Origin: Actinomycetes bacterium
Lineage (GTDB): Bacteria; Actinomycetota; Acidimicrobiia; Acidimicrobiales; Ilumatobacteraceae
Assembly (NCBI GenBank): GCA_025351965.1
Contig: JANXUX010000114.1
Location: 6,380 to 70,379, forward strand
Direction: 5' to 3'
DNA: 64,000 nucleotides
The notes beneath the pieces were generated by a model, which worked only from the letters and a program-made list of their open reading frames with translations, made no database searches and was not told the DNA's origin. Position 1 is the stretch's first letter. Each line of letters starts with the position of its first letter. The translations under genes were made by a program, and so were the position numbers. Positions 8,013 to 17,931 of this stretch are shown one piece after another.

Positions 8013-8708
8013 GTGAACGCCACCACCGAGCCGCAGCTCGCCCGACCAGCCGCCACGGTCATCGTGACCCGTCCGGCAGACTCCGGGCATCCCGAACGGG
8101 GCTTCGAGATCCTGCTCCTCGAACGCAGCGACGTCGGGGCCTTCGCCGGGATGTGGGTGTTCCCCGGCGGCCGGGTCGACGACACCGATGCCGGCGATGA
8201 CGAGCTCGCCCGGGCCGCCTCGGCTGCTGTGCGCGAGGCGCAGGAGGAGGTCGGCATCGTGGTCGAGCCGGCGAGCCTGATCACGCTGTCGCACTGGACC
8301 CCGCCGATGATCGCCCCGAAGCGGTTCACGACCTGGTTCTTCGTCGCCCCGTGGGCGGGCGACGAGATCCGCATCGACGGTCACGAAATCGTCGCCTCGC
8401 GTTGGATCGACCCGCTGGCGGCGATCGACGGGGGCCTGCCGATGGCACCGCCGACTCACGTCACGCTCGTCACGATGGCGGAGGCCAAGACGTTCGACGG
8501 GCTACGCGAGATCGTCGGCCGACGCGGCATCGAGAGGTTCCTGACCGTGCCGGCCCAGGAGAACGGCAACCTCGTCCTGCTGTGGGAGCCGGACGCCGGG
8601 TACGCGACCGGCGATGCCGGCGTGCCGGGCTGTCGCCACCGGATGACCATTCCGTCGAACGCACTCACGGGTGGCGGTCCGCAACACTACGAGCGCGACG
8701 TCTCCTGA
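8013..8708 (+). CDS. NUDIX hydrolase
   Basis: NUDIX box-like GGRVDDTDAGDDELARAASAAVREAQEEVG. GTG start at 8013. The upstream part of the 551-aa ORF runs antisense to the hydratase gene. Confidence 0.75.
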   Translation: MNATTEPQLARPAATVIVTRPADSGHPERGFEILLLERSDVGAFAGMWVFPGGRVDDTDAGDDELARAASAAVREAQEEVGIVVEPASLITLSHWTPPMIAPKRFTTWFFVAPWAGDEIRIDGHEIVASRWIDPLAAIDGGLPMAPPTHVTLVTMAEAKTFDGLREIVGRRGIERFLTVPAQENGNLVLLWEPDAGYATGDAGVPGCRHRMTIPSNALTGGGPQHYERDVS

Positions 8709-8740
8709 CGCGTCCCCCGTCGCCAGTAGTCTGGGCGTCC

Positions 8741-9367
8741 ATGCTCGATCACGTCTTCACCGATGCAATCGGTGCGCTCCGCGACGCGTTCGAGGGTGCA
8801 TTTCTCGAACGGCAGGCATTCGAGGAGCATTTCCAGATCGATGTGCTGCTCGGCGACATCACCTGGGAGACCAGCTACGGGCTGCCCGGCGAAGGTCAGC
8901 CGCCACGGGTCGTCGCGCACATCACCTTCGACTGGCCGACGTGGAGCCAGACCGCCTACCGCCGCTGGTACGTGGACGAGGTGCTCGACGAGCAGCCGAC
9001 GATCGAGATGGAGATCGTCTTCCGGGTCCAACGGCTGAGCGAGCAGCCCGACCCGGCGTACATCCAGTCCGTGCTGCCCGACACCAGCCCGTTGATCGGT
9101 AACGAGCGGCTCGAGCGGGCCGGGGCGACCGTGGAGATCGCGTATCTCGACGACTCGCAGCCGGGCGACGCGGGGGTTCGACCCGACTACGCGATCGAGA
9201 TCATGTACGAGGGCCTGTACGAGCTGGCCGAGGAGACCCTCGCCGACGGTGCGAGCAAGCTCCTCGACGAGCACTTCGGCACCCTCGGCTCGTGGATCGC
9301 GACGGCGTTGGTCAAGCTCGGCGACCTGCGTCTCATGTTCCTGCCGGCCGACGAAGCGGAGTCGTGA
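8741..9367 (+). CDS. acidic cytoplasmic protein, unknown function
   Basis: 208-aa ORF starting at ATG 8741, with coding-like composition. No motif recognised. Confidence 0.5.
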   Translation: MLDHVFTDAIGALRDAFEGAFLERQAFEEHFQIDVLLGDITWETSYGLPGEGQPPRVVAHITFDWPTWSQTAYRRWYVDEVLDEQPTIEMEIVFRVQRLSEQPDPAYIQSVLPDTSPLIGNERLERAGATVEIAYLDDSQPGDAGVRPDYAIEIMYEGLYELAEETLADGASKLLDEHFGTLGSWIATALVKLGDLRLMFLPADEAES

Positions 9368-9428
9368 CGGGCCCGACCGGCGCCGTCCCCAGTCGTGCCA
9401 CGCCGAACGCGAGCTGCGATCATCGGTC

Positions 9429-10220
9429 ATGTCGAACGTCGTCCTGCTCGAGATCAGCGAGCGCATCGCCACCATCACCCTCAACCGCCCCGAGGCGCGC
9501 AACGCGCTGAGCAGTGAGGTTCTCGCACTCCTGCCGACGCTGATGCGCGCAGCCGACGCGGACGACGACGTCGATGTCGTGATCCTCACAGGCGCAGATC
9601 CCGCGTTCTGCGCGGGCCTCGACCTGCGCGAGCTGGGGAGCACGGCTGGCAATCTCAGCGGTACCGGCGCCGCCAGCGAATCGAGCGGTGAGTCGAGCAG
9701 CGGGGGGGTGCGCCGTCCGTTTCCGCGCCTGACCAAACCGGTGATCGGTGCGGTCAACGGCGTCGCGGTCACCGGCGGTTTCGAGCTCGCCCTGAACTGT
9801 GACTTCCTGATCGCCAGCGAGCGGGCCAAGTTCGGCGACACCCATGCCCGCGTGGGTGTGATGCCCGGGTGGGGTCTGACGGTGTTGCTCCCCCAGGCGA
9901 TCGGTGTGCGCCGGGCCAGGGAGCTGAGCTTCACCGGTAACTTCTTGAATGCCGAGGACGCGTTCCAGTGGGGTCTCGTCAACCGGCTCGTGGCCCACGA
10001 CGACCTGATCCCGGTGACCCGCCAGATCGCCCGCGACATCATCGGCAACGATCAGCCGGGTGTACGCCAGATCCGCTCGACCTACGCGGCGATCGCCCGC
10101 GATCAGCCCGGTTGGGAGATCGAGGCGGCCGACGGGCGCGAGTGGCAGCGGACGATGTTCAGCGCAGAAGCGGTGGCGGAGCGGCGTGCTGCGATCACCG
10201 ACCGGGGACGGGTGCAGTAG
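9429..10220 (+). CDS. enoyl-CoA hydratase/isomerase family protein
   Basis: IATITLNRPEARNAL, ILTGADPAFCAGLDL, AVNGVAVTGGFELALNCD. Confidence 0.85.
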   Translation: MSNVVLLEISERIATITLNRPEARNALSSEVLALLPTLMRAADADDDVDVVILTGADPAFCAGLDLRELGSTAGNLSGTGAASESSGESSSGGVRRPFPRLTKPVIGAVNGVAVTGGFELALNCDFLIASERAKFGDTHARVGVMPGWGLTVLLPQAIGVRRARELSFTGNFLNAEDAFQWGLVNRLVAHDDLIPVTRQIARDIIGNDQPGVRQIRSTYAAIARDQPGWEIEAADGREWQRTMFSAEAVAERRAAITDRGRVQ

Positions 10221-10845
10221 TCCGGCGCCGGGCCGCGACCACCAGGGCACCACCGAGCAGCGTGGACGTCACGCCGAGCAGCAGCACCGAGTCCGAGGAA
10301 CGCCCCGTCGCCGGCAGCGCCACGCCGGTCGGTGCGGCGTGCACCGGAGCCACCGTCGATGGCGCCGCGACTGGCGCCGGGACTGTGGTGGGGTCGGCTT
10401 CCACGACCGGGGCCACAGCAACGGGGCCTGCGGACGAAACCTGGTAGCAGCGGGCGAGGCTGAGCTCGACCCGGGTCAGCATCACCTTGCTGGATCCACC
10501 GTTGATGACGGCGATCTCGCCGCCGGACACCGGCAGCCCGTCGGCGACCGCACCCCCACCGATCCAGATCGCCACGGCGCCGGGTGCGGGCTCCACCGTC
10601 GAGACGTCGTGCGCGGCGACCGCGAGCTGCACGCCGACTTCGCTCGGCACGACGACGCCGGTCGAGAACGACTTACCGGGTGACAGCGTCGTGCTGCCGG
10701 CCCAGCCGTAGGGCACGGTGGCACACTGCGTGCTGACCGGAACACTGCCGACCAGAACACTGCCGGCAGCCACGGGCGACGCACCGACGGCGAATGCGGC
10801 GACGACAGCCGCCCCCATCGCAACCCTCGAAATGATGTGCCTCAT
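10195..10845 (-). CDS. LPXTG-anchored cell-surface protein, unknown domain
   Basis: N-terminal signal peptide. The C terminus has LPATG, then a hydrophobic helix and an RRR tail, which is a sortase sorting signal. The 3-prime end overlaps the convergent hydratase gene by 26 bp. Confidence 0.7.
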   Translation of the reverse strand: MRHIISRVAMGAAVVAAFAVGASPVAAGSVLVGSVPVSTQCATVPYGWAGSTTLSPGKSFSTGVVVPSEVGVQLAVAAHDVSTVEPAPGAVAIWIGGGAVADGLPVSGGEIAVINGGSSKVMLTRVELSLARCYQVSSAGPVAVAPVVEADPTTVPAPVAAPSTVAPVHAAPTGVALPATGRSSDSVLLLGVTSTLLGGALVVAARRRTTAPVPGR

Positions 10846-11036
10846 GTCAGCTCCCCGGAGTGAGTGATCACGAGGGCCGGTTTCGCGCTTGCTCCCCGCT
10901 GAGCAGTCGCGACCACCCGTCGCTCAGCGGATCAACACATCCCTCTTCGTGTCAGCGATGGTATCGCCCGGGTCGGTGGCGGTAAAGGGGCCGACCGAAT
11001 TGGGGCCCGAACGACCTGCGATCTTGACGAAACGCA

Positions 11037-12035
11037 TCAGATCGCGGCGCCACGATCGCGGAGTTCGGTGATGACCGCCGTCCCGACGTAGAACGCGAGG
11101 ATCTCCTCGCCCGTGGTGTTGAGGTGGAAGCCGTCCTTCTCGCTGCGCACGGGCTTGGACTCTCCGTCGCGTGGGTCGGCGATGTACGGCGCGAAACCGC
11201 CGTCGATTCCCGTGAAGTAGTTCCACGAGTTGACGAACACGACGGCTGACCGCTTGGCCGCCTCGGCCTCGACGACCTCGTTCTGCACCGCGAGGTTGGC
11301 CGTCAGACTCGGATCCAGTCCGTTGGGCACGCCGACCCAGATGAGCGTGCGACCGTCGGCGCTGAGGAAGTCCATCACGTCGCCGACGCGCTTCGCGTAC
11401 TCGGCCCGCCACTCGGCGGTGTCCGGGCTCTTGCCCGCTGCAGCACCTGCCGCTGCATCGGTCCCGAGGAATCCCTGGCCGTCGTTCCCGCCGAACAGGG
11501 CGACGACGATGTCAGGGGCCGCGACGGGAACCGTGGCGCGCAGATGCGCCGGCCAGTCGAAGAAGTCCGGGCGGACCAGCCCTGAGGACACCTTGTAGTC
11601 GGTGGTCATCGCGGTGAGGCCCGTGGGGTCGAGGACCCGCTGCAGGAACGGCGAGAGCCCACCGGCTTCGCTGTCTCCGACCAACAACACGCGCGCCGGA
11701 TCCGCGGCACTCGGCACGGTGCTCGGATCCGACGTCGGCGTCACCGTCGTCGAGGTCTCCGGGAGCGCGGTCGTCGCCGACCCGGTCGACGACGTGGACG
11801 TCGCGTCGGCCGCGGTCCCCGTATCGGTCGCAGCCGAACCGACCGTGCTCACACCGGTCGCTTCCAACGCGGACGTCGACGTGTCGCCCCCGAACAGTGA
11901 CTTGACCACCGACACCAGTCCAGCGAGCACGGCGATCGCCACCATCAGGACCACGATCCGGCGGATGATGAAGGTGCGCCGGTTCGGCCGGCGACGCCGG
12001 GACGGAACTCGTTGTTGGGGTCGCTGTTGGTCCAT
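11037..12035 (-). CDS. membrane-anchored SGNH/GDSL-like hydrolase (DUF459-like)
   Basis: N-terminal TM helix and a Thr/Ser-rich linker. SGNH blocks are present: LLVGDSEAGG, FGGNDGQG, DGFHLN. Confidence 0.7.
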   Translation of the reverse strand: MDQQRPQQRVPSRRRRPNRRTFIIRRIVVLMVAIAVLAGLVSVVKSLFGGDTSTSALEATGVSTVGSAATDTGTAADATSTSSTGSATTALPETSTTVTPTSDPSTVPSAADPARVLLVGDSEAGGLSPFLQRVLDPTGLTAMTTDYKVSSGLVRPDFFDWPAHLRATVPVAAPDIVVALFGGNDGQGFLGTDAAAGAAAGKSPDTAEWRAEYAKRVGDVMDFLSADGRTLIWVGVPNGLDPSLTANLAVQNEVVEAEAAKRSAVVFVNSWNYFTGIDGGFAPYIADPRDGESKPVRSEKDGFHLNTTGEEILAFYVGTAVITELRDRGAAI

Positions 12036-12177
12036 GAACGTTGTGTTGCATCGTACGCGCCACGACACCTCTTGGTCGTGACACCACGAGCCGCAGGCTA
12101 GGATCCGGCGAACCGGAATCACCGGTCACAACCACATTCGTCCGTTCCGGGCAACTATCCACACACAAGGGGGAGCA

Positions 12178-13341
12178 ATGCGGAAGAGCAAGAAGATGCT
12201 CAGCGCGCTCACAATGACCACGGTCCTCGGCCTCACCGCCGCGGCCTGCGGGAGCGACTCGAAGTCGTCCACCACCACCAACGCCGCCACCGCGGCCTCG
12301 TCAGCAGCGGGCGTGGACACCACCGCTGCCGGCGGAGCGACCGCGACAGGCGACGCCAGCAAGGTCACGGCCTGCGAGGTCACCGACCTCGGCGGCGTCG
12401 ACGACAAGGGCTTCAACCAGATCGCCTATGCAGGCGTCACCAAGGCCGAGAAGGACCTGGGCACCAAGAGCGCTCTGCTCGAGTCCAAGACCGAGGCCGA
12501 TTACGCCACGAACATCCAGAGCTTCCTCCAGAAGGACTGCTCGGTCATCATCACCGTCGGCTTCCTGCTCGACAGCGCCACGGCCGAGGCCGCCAAGGCC
12601 AATCCCGACCAGCAGTTCGCGATCGTCGACTCGGCGGCCATGGACAACAACGGCACCCCGGACGACCCGAGCGACGACAAGGCCCTGCCGAACGTGCGTC
12701 CTCTCGGCTTCGCCACCGAGCAGCCGTCGTTCCTCGCCGGCTACCTCGCCGCAGGCATGACCAAGAGCGGGAAGGTCGCCACCTATGGCGGCATCAACAT
12801 CCCGCCGGTGACGGTCTTCATGACCGGGTTCCTGAACGGCGTGAACTACTACAACACGCAGAACAGCACCAAGGTCGCAGTCCTCGGTTGGGACGGCAAG
12901 GAAGGCTCCTTCGCCGGTAACTTCGACAACCTCGACGACGGCAAGAAGCTCGCTCAGGGCTTTGCCGACGAAGGCGCCGACATCGTCTTCCCGGTCGCTG
13001 GTCCGGTGGGCCTCGGCTCCTCGGCGTACGCCACCGAGGTCGGGGGCTTGCGCATCATCGGTGTCGACACCGACCTCTACGTGTCCAATGAGAAGGACAA
13101 GGCCGTCTACCTGACCTCGGTTCTCAAGGGCATCGACTCGGCCGTGTTCGACACGATCAAGAACGTCGTCGACACCGGCAAGCCCGGCACTGCCTACACC
13201 GGCACCCTCGAGAACGGTGGCGTCGGTCTCGCCCCATTCCACGATCAGGCAGCCGATGTTCCCCAGAAGCTGCAGGACGAGCTCAAAACGATCCAGCAGG
13301 ACATCATCGACGGCAAGATCGACCCGCTCAAGGCTGGCTGA
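12178..13341 (+). CDS. BMP-family (PnrA/Med-like) ABC substrate-binding lipoprotein, probably nucleoside-binding
   Basis: Lipobox LTAAAC after a signal peptide. BMP-family sequence runs throughout. AAGGGGGAG lies upstream of the ATG. Confidence 0.9.
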   Translation: MRKSKKMLSALTMTTVLGLTAAACGSDSKSSTTTNAATAASSAAGVDTTAAGGATATGDASKVTACEVTDLGGVDDKGFNQIAYAGVTKAEKDLGTKSALLESKTEADYATNIQSFLQKDCSVIITVGFLLDSATAEAAKANPDQQFAIVDSAAMDNNGTPDDPSDDKALPNVRPLGFATEQPSFLAGYLAAGMTKSGKVATYGGINIPPVTVFMTGFLNGVNYYNTQNSTKVAVLGWDGKEGSFAGNFDNLDDGKKLAQGFADEGADIVFPVAGPVGLGSSAYATEVGGLRIIGVDTDLYVSNEKDKAVYLTSVLKGIDSAVFDTIKNVVDTGKPGTAYTGTLENGGVGLAPFHDQAADVPQKLQDELKTIQQDIIDGKIDPLKAG

Positions 13342-13360
13342 TCTCACGTTACATCGTGTT

Positions 13361-13388
13361 GCACTGGGGGCCTTCGGGCCCCCAGTGC
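13361..13388 (+). terminator. perfect 12-bp stem hairpin (GCACTGGGGGCC-TTCG-GGCCCCCAGTGC) followed by a T-rich tract
   Basis: Read directly from the sequence, 20 nt after the lipoprotein stop and before the ATPase gene. This is a typical partial terminator or mRNA stabiliser after binding-protein genes. Confidence 0.6.
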
Positions 13389-13456
13389 TCGTTTTCGGGA
13401 TCACGTGCCGGTCGTTTACTGTCGAACAACTACATTCGCACCGGGAAGGGGGCTCC

Positions 13457-15016
13457 ATGGAACTCGAGCTGCGCGGGATCACCAAACGGTTCCCGGGTGT
13501 GGTCGCCAACGACGATGTCAACCTCACCGTTCGTGGCGGCGAAGTGCTCGCCCTCGTCGGCGAGAACGGCGCCGGCAAGAGCACCCTGATGAACATCCTC
13601 TACGGCCTCTACAAGGCCGACGAGGGTGAGATCCTGGTCGACGGGCAACCCGTGAAGTTCACGTCACCCCACGATGCGATCGCCGCCGGCATCGGCATGG
13701 TCCACCAGCACTTCATGCTGGTTCCGGTGTTCACGGTCACGGAGAACGTCGTCCTCGGTGTCGAGCCCACCACGTCGTTCGGTCGCATCGACATCGGTTC
13801 GGCCCGCACGCGCGTTGCCGAGCTCTCCCGCGAGTTCGGTCTGCACCTCGACCCCGACGCGATGACCGAGGATCTCGCCGTCGGCATCCAGCAGCGCATC
13901 GAGATCGTCAAGGTTCTGTTCCGAGACGCGAAGATCGTCGTGTTCGACGAGCCGACCGCGGTGCTCACACCTCAAGAGATCGAGGACTTCTTCCGCATCG
14001 TCGAGACGCTCACTGCGGCTGGGTGCGGCGTAGTGTTCATCACCCACAAGCTCAAAGAGGCCATCCGGATCGCGGATCGCATCGTGGTCCTGCGTCGTGG
14101 CAAGACCGTCGGAGAGGCAGATCCGAAGACCGCCACGCAGGAAGCCCTGGCGGAGATGATGGTCGGTCGACCGGTGGATCTCGAAGTCGACAAGGCACCG
14201 CCGCAGCTCGGCGATGTGACGCTGCGCGTCGCGCACCTCACCGTCACCGATGCGAATGGGCGAGCGCACGTGAGCGACGTGTCGTTCGAGGTGCGCGCCG
14301 GCGAGATCGTCGGCATCGCAGGCATCCAGGGCAACGGCCAGAGCGAGCTCGTCGAGACGCTCGTCGGTCTGCACCGCGCCGCAGCCGGCACGGTCGCCCT
14401 CAACGGCGAGGACATCACAACCGCCACGCCCCGAGCACGCCATCGCCTCGGCATCGCCCACATCCCCGAGGACCGCCAGCGCGACGGCATGGTCAAGGAC
14501 TTCACGATCACCGAGAACCTCGCCCTCACCAGCTACTACGCACCCCCGCTGAGCCATGGGATCAACATGCAGTGGGACACGGCTCGCTCCGAGGCCGAGC
14601 GCCTGGTGGAGGCCTACGACATCCGCACTCCGTCGACGGAGACGAGCACCGGAAAGCTCTCCGGCGGCAACCAGCAAAAGGTCATCGTGGCCCGCGAGCT
14701 GAGCCGCAACGTCCACCTCGCCATCGCCAGCCAGCCCACGCGCGGCGTCGATGTCGGATCGATCGAGTACATCCACGAGCGCCTCGTCGACCTGCGCGAC
14801 AAAGGGGTCGCCGTGCTCGTCGTCAGCACCGAGCTCGACGAGGTGATGGCCCTGTCCGACCGTGTCCTGGTGATGTTCGGTGGGCGCCTCGTCGCCAACC
14901 TGAACCGCGCCGACACAGACCACAACGATGTCGGGCTGTACATGGCCGGCGCCAAAGGAGATTTCATGCCCGGTGATGCGCCAGGCGATGCGACGCCCGG
15001 AGAGCGAGCATCATGA
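13457..15016 (+). CDS. ABC transporter ATP-binding protein with two ATPase domains (sugar/nucleoside type)
   Basis: Walker A GENGAGKST, signature LSGGNQQKV, and a second ABC domain. Confidence 0.9.
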   Translation: MELELRGITKRFPGVVANDDVNLTVRGGEVLALVGENGAGKSTLMNILYGLYKADEGEILVDGQPVKFTSPHDAIAAGIGMVHQHFMLVPVFTVTENVVLGVEPTTSFGRIDIGSARTRVAELSREFGLHLDPDAMTEDLAVGIQQRIEIVKVLFRDAKIVVFDEPTAVLTPQEIEDFFRIVETLTAAGCGVVFITHKLKEAIRIADRIVVLRRGKTVGEADPKTATQEALAEMMVGRPVDLEVDKAPPQLGDVTLRVAHLTVTDANGRAHVSDVSFEVRAGEIVGIAGIQGNGQSELVETLVGLHRAAAGTVALNGEDITTATPRARHRLGIAHIPEDRQRDGMVKDFTITENLALTSYYAPPLSHGINMQWDTARSEAERLVEAYDIRTPSTETSTGKLSGGNQQKVIVARELSRNVHLAIASQPTRGVDVGSIEYIHERLVDLRDKGVAVLVVSTELDEVMALSDRVLVMFGGRLVANLNRADTDHNDVGLYMAGAKGDFMPGDAPGDATPGERAS

Positions 15017-16209
15017 CCGCGGCAATCGCTCCGCAGAGCCAAGCCCCGGATGATCATCTGCACGAGTCGCCGTGGATCCATCGGCTGAGCAGTCTCCGGT
15101 TGACATCGCTCGCGGTCCTGACCGCGCTCGTGCTCGGGGCGTTCATCGTCGCCCTGTCGGACATCGACAAGGTCAAGCACGGTGACATCGGCGGCATGCT
15201 GACCACCGTCAAGGACTCCTACGTCGCCCTCGCCAAGGGAGCCTTCGGGAGCTGGCGTGGCTGGAGCGAAACCATCACGGCGGCGACGCCGCTGATGTTC
15301 GCGGGCATCGCCGTTGCGCTCGGCTTCAAGGCCGGCCTGTTCAACATCGGCGCCACCGGGCAGATGCTGGCCGGTGGTATGGCCGCCGTCTGGGTCGGCT
15401 TCCGATTCGACCTCCCGGCCCCGATCCACGTGACGCTGGCGCTGCTCGCGGCGATCATCGTCGGAGGAGCCTTCGGCGGGATCGTCGGTCTGCTCAAGGC
15501 GCGCACGGGCGCTCACGAAGTGATCACCACGATCATGCTGAACTACGTGGCCGCCGGGCTCGCGCTGTGGCTGCTGAAGACGTCGGAGTTCCAGCGGCCC
15601 GGCCGCGGCGATCCGGTGTCCAAGGACATCCACACCTCGGCCAAGCTGCCCTCGCTGTTCGGCTTCCTCGATCGCTCCACCTTGGAGATCCGCGCCCACA
15701 CCGGCTTCTTGCTGGCGCTCGCCGCCGTGGTCTTGTTCTGGTGGCTGATGAAGCGCTCCAAGCTCGGTTTCGAGTTCCGGACGTTCGGCGCCAATGCCGA
15801 CGCTGCCCGGTACGCGGGCATGAACCCCGGACGGCTGACGATCGGCGCGATGTTCATGGCCGGCGCGTTCGCCGGCCTGGCCGGCGGCAGCGAGATCCTC
15901 GGCGGGGTCACCCAGAACCACGCCACCACCGGGCTGGCCGGCAATGTCGGCTTCGACGCGATCGCGGTCGCGCTGCTCGGGCGTTCATCACCGTGGGGTA
16001 CCGCTGCGGCGGCGCTGCTGTTCGGCGCGCTGAAGGCGGGCGGCGACCAGATGCAGGTCGACACCGGTGTGCCGGTCGACCTCGTGCTCGTGATCCGAGC
16101 GCTGATCGTGCTGTTCGTCGCCGCACCGGCGCTCACCCGGATCATCTGGCGGTTGAAGGACAAAGGAACCGAAGGCGGCACCCCGCTGTTCCGTGGATGG
16201 GGATCATGA
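15013..16209 (+). CDS. ABC transporter permease (BMP-associated)
   Basis: Multi-pass hydrophobic protein with an ATGA overlap to the ATPase gene. Confidence 0.85.
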   Translation: MTAAIAPQSQAPDDHLHESPWIHRLSSLRLTSLAVLTALVLGAFIVALSDIDKVKHGDIGGMLTTVKDSYVALAKGAFGSWRGWSETITAATPLMFAGIAVALGFKAGLFNIGATGQMLAGGMAAVWVGFRFDLPAPIHVTLALLAAIIVGGAFGGIVGLLKARTGAHEVITTIMLNYVAAGLALWLLKTSEFQRPGRGDPVSKDIHTSAKLPSLFGFLDRSTLEIRAHTGFLLALAAVVLFWWLMKRSKLGFEFRTFGANADAARYAGMNPGRLTIGAMFMAGAFAGLAGGSEILGGVTQNHATTGLAGNVGFDAIAVALLGRSSPWGTAAAALLFGALKAGGDQMQVDTGVPVDLVLVIRALIVLFVAAPALTRIIWRLKDKGTEGGTPLFRGWGS

Positions 16210-17459
16210 GCACGCCGACGGAGATCTACACAGACGTCCAGCTGGCGGTCGGGCGCTCGTTCGAGCAGGTCCGCCGGGCGCGCAACCTCGGCATCATCTA
16301 CCTGATACTCGCGGGCGTCGCCGCATGGGTGTTCACCGGCCACCAGGGCTCGGCGACATTCAACCTCGACGGTGGCCGCTCCTTCGGCGTCGCGGCCACG
16401 CCCCTCGCCTGGATCGTTGCCGGCACGCTCGCCGTCCTCGGCGGGATCCAGCTCGCCCGTGGCCTCGGCCGGTGGCAGTCGGCTGCGCTCGCCGCAGCCG
16501 CAGTGGTGTTCGTGTTCAGCCTGCTCGCCTGGGCCGCGGCGCCACGCAGCTTCGCGTTCGTCGGCATGCTGTCGCAGTCGATCACGTTCTCGACACCGCT
16601 GATCTTCGGTGCGCTCGCGGGGATCATGTGCGAGCGATCCGGCGTCGTCAACATCGCCATCGAGGGCATGCTCCTCAACGGTGCGTTCACCTCGGCGCTC
16701 GTTGGTTCGGTCACCACGTTCTGGGTCGGTGTCGTCGCGGCGATGATCACCAGCGCGCTGTTCGCCTGGCTGCTCGCCTGGCTGGCGATCCGGTTCAAGG
16801 TCGACCAAGTGATCATCGGCTTCTTCATCAATTTCTTCGTCGCCGGCCTGACAGCGTTCCTGGACAACCGCGTCCTCAGCTCGAACCCCGGCTACAACGG
16901 GGTCGACACGCTGAAGCCGCTGAAGGTGCCGTTGTTGCACAAGATCCCGATCCTCGGACCCGTGCTGTTCACCCAGACGATCTTCGTGTACACCGCCTTC
17001 GCACTTGTCGCCTTCTTGGCCTGGGCCTTCCGCAGCACCCGCTGGGGTCTGCGAACTCGTGCCGTCGGTGAGCATCCCAAGGCAGCCGACACGCTCGGCG
17101 TGAACGTGAACCGGATGCGCTACCGCAACGTGATCGCCGCCGGGGCGATCGCCGGTTTCGGCGGTTCGTGGTTCACCGCGAACGTCGGCCGCTTCCGCGA
17201 GGACATCACCGACGGCCGAGGCTTCATCGCCCTCGCCGTGGTGATCGTCGGCCGCTGGAGTCCGGTGGGTGCGCTCAGTGGGGCGCTCGTGTTCGGCTTC
17301 TTCGACGCGCTCAAGGACAAGCTCGGCTTCTTGAAGACCGGCATCCCCGGCGAGTTCATCGGGATGACGCCGTACATCGCGACCATCGTCGTGGTCGCCG
17401 GGTTCGCCGGGCGCACCCGTGCCCCGAAGGCCTCCGGTCAACCGTACGAGAGTCAGTGA
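16206..17459 (+). CDS. ABC transporter permease (BMP-associated)
   Basis: Multi-pass hydrophobic protein with an ATGA overlap to the previous permease gene. Confidence 0.85.
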   Translation: MSTPTEIYTDVQLAVGRSFEQVRRARNLGIIYLILAGVAAWVFTGHQGSATFNLDGGRSFGVAATPLAWIVAGTLAVLGGIQLARGLGRWQSAALAAAAVVFVFSLLAWAAAPRSFAFVGMLSQSITFSTPLIFGALAGIMCERSGVVNIAIEGMLLNGAFTSALVGSVTTFWVGVVAAMITSALFAWLLAWLAIRFKVDQVIIGFFINFFVAGLTAFLDNRVLSSNPGYNGVDTLKPLKVPLLHKIPILGPVLFTQTIFVYTAFALVAFLAWAFRSTRWGLRTRAVGEHPKAADTLGVNVNRMRYRNVIAAGAIAGFGGSWFTANVGRFREDITDGRGFIALAVVIVGRWSPVGALSGALVFGFFDALKDKLGFLKTGIPGEFIGMTPYIATIVVVAGFAGRTRAPKASGQPYESQ

Positions 17460-17906
17460 TCAGGTGCGGGCGATCTGGCTGATCGCCTGGACCTCGATGC
17501 CGCCGCGCGGCCGCTGGGTGAGGGTCACCGTGACGCTGAACGGCTCCGCGCTGAGCATGACCTCGCCGGCGATCTCCGCGGCGAGCGCCTCGGCGAACAC
17601 CGCACGGTCGCGGAAGCTCCACAGATAGAGCTTGAGGCTCTTGCTCTCGATGCAGGACAGGTCGGGCGTGTACTCGATGACGACGTGAGACAGATCGGGC
17701 TGCTCGGTGACCGGGCACATGCTGTTCAGTTCGTCGTTGGTGAAACGCACTGTGGTGATGTTCGCGGGCGCCGGGAACACCTCGACGTGGTCGACGGGAT
17801 GGCGCACGGTACGCCCGAGGATTGTGAGCCGGCTCGTGTCCGGTTGCGGATTCGGTGACGGGTTCGGCGACAGGCTCGGTGACGGGGCGGTCTCGGTCGG
17901 TTCCAT
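17460..17906 (-). CDS. queF: NADPH-dependent 7-cyano-7-deazaguanine (preQ0) reductase, type I
   Basis: NSMCPVTEQPDLSHVVIEY and ESKSLKLYLWSFRD are the QueF signature motifs. The N terminus is a Pro/Ser-rich extension. Confidence 0.85.
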   Translation of the reverse strand: MEPTETAPSPSLSPNPSPNPQPDTSRLTILGRTVRHPVDHVEVFPAPANITTVRFTNDELNSMCPVTEQPDLSHVVIEYTPDLSCIESKSLKLYLWSFRDRAVFAEALAAEIAGEVMLSAEPFSVTVTLTQRPRGGIEVQAISQIART

Positions 17907-17931
17907 GTCCACAAAGGCTACGGTGGCTCCC

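Noticed and set aside
10896-10930. 9-bp-stem hairpin CCGCTGAGC...GCTCAGCGG downstream of the SGNH hydrolase gene as an intrinsic terminator
   Set aside because: The loop is 17 nt and there is no U-tract. It is plausible but too weak to call as a feature.
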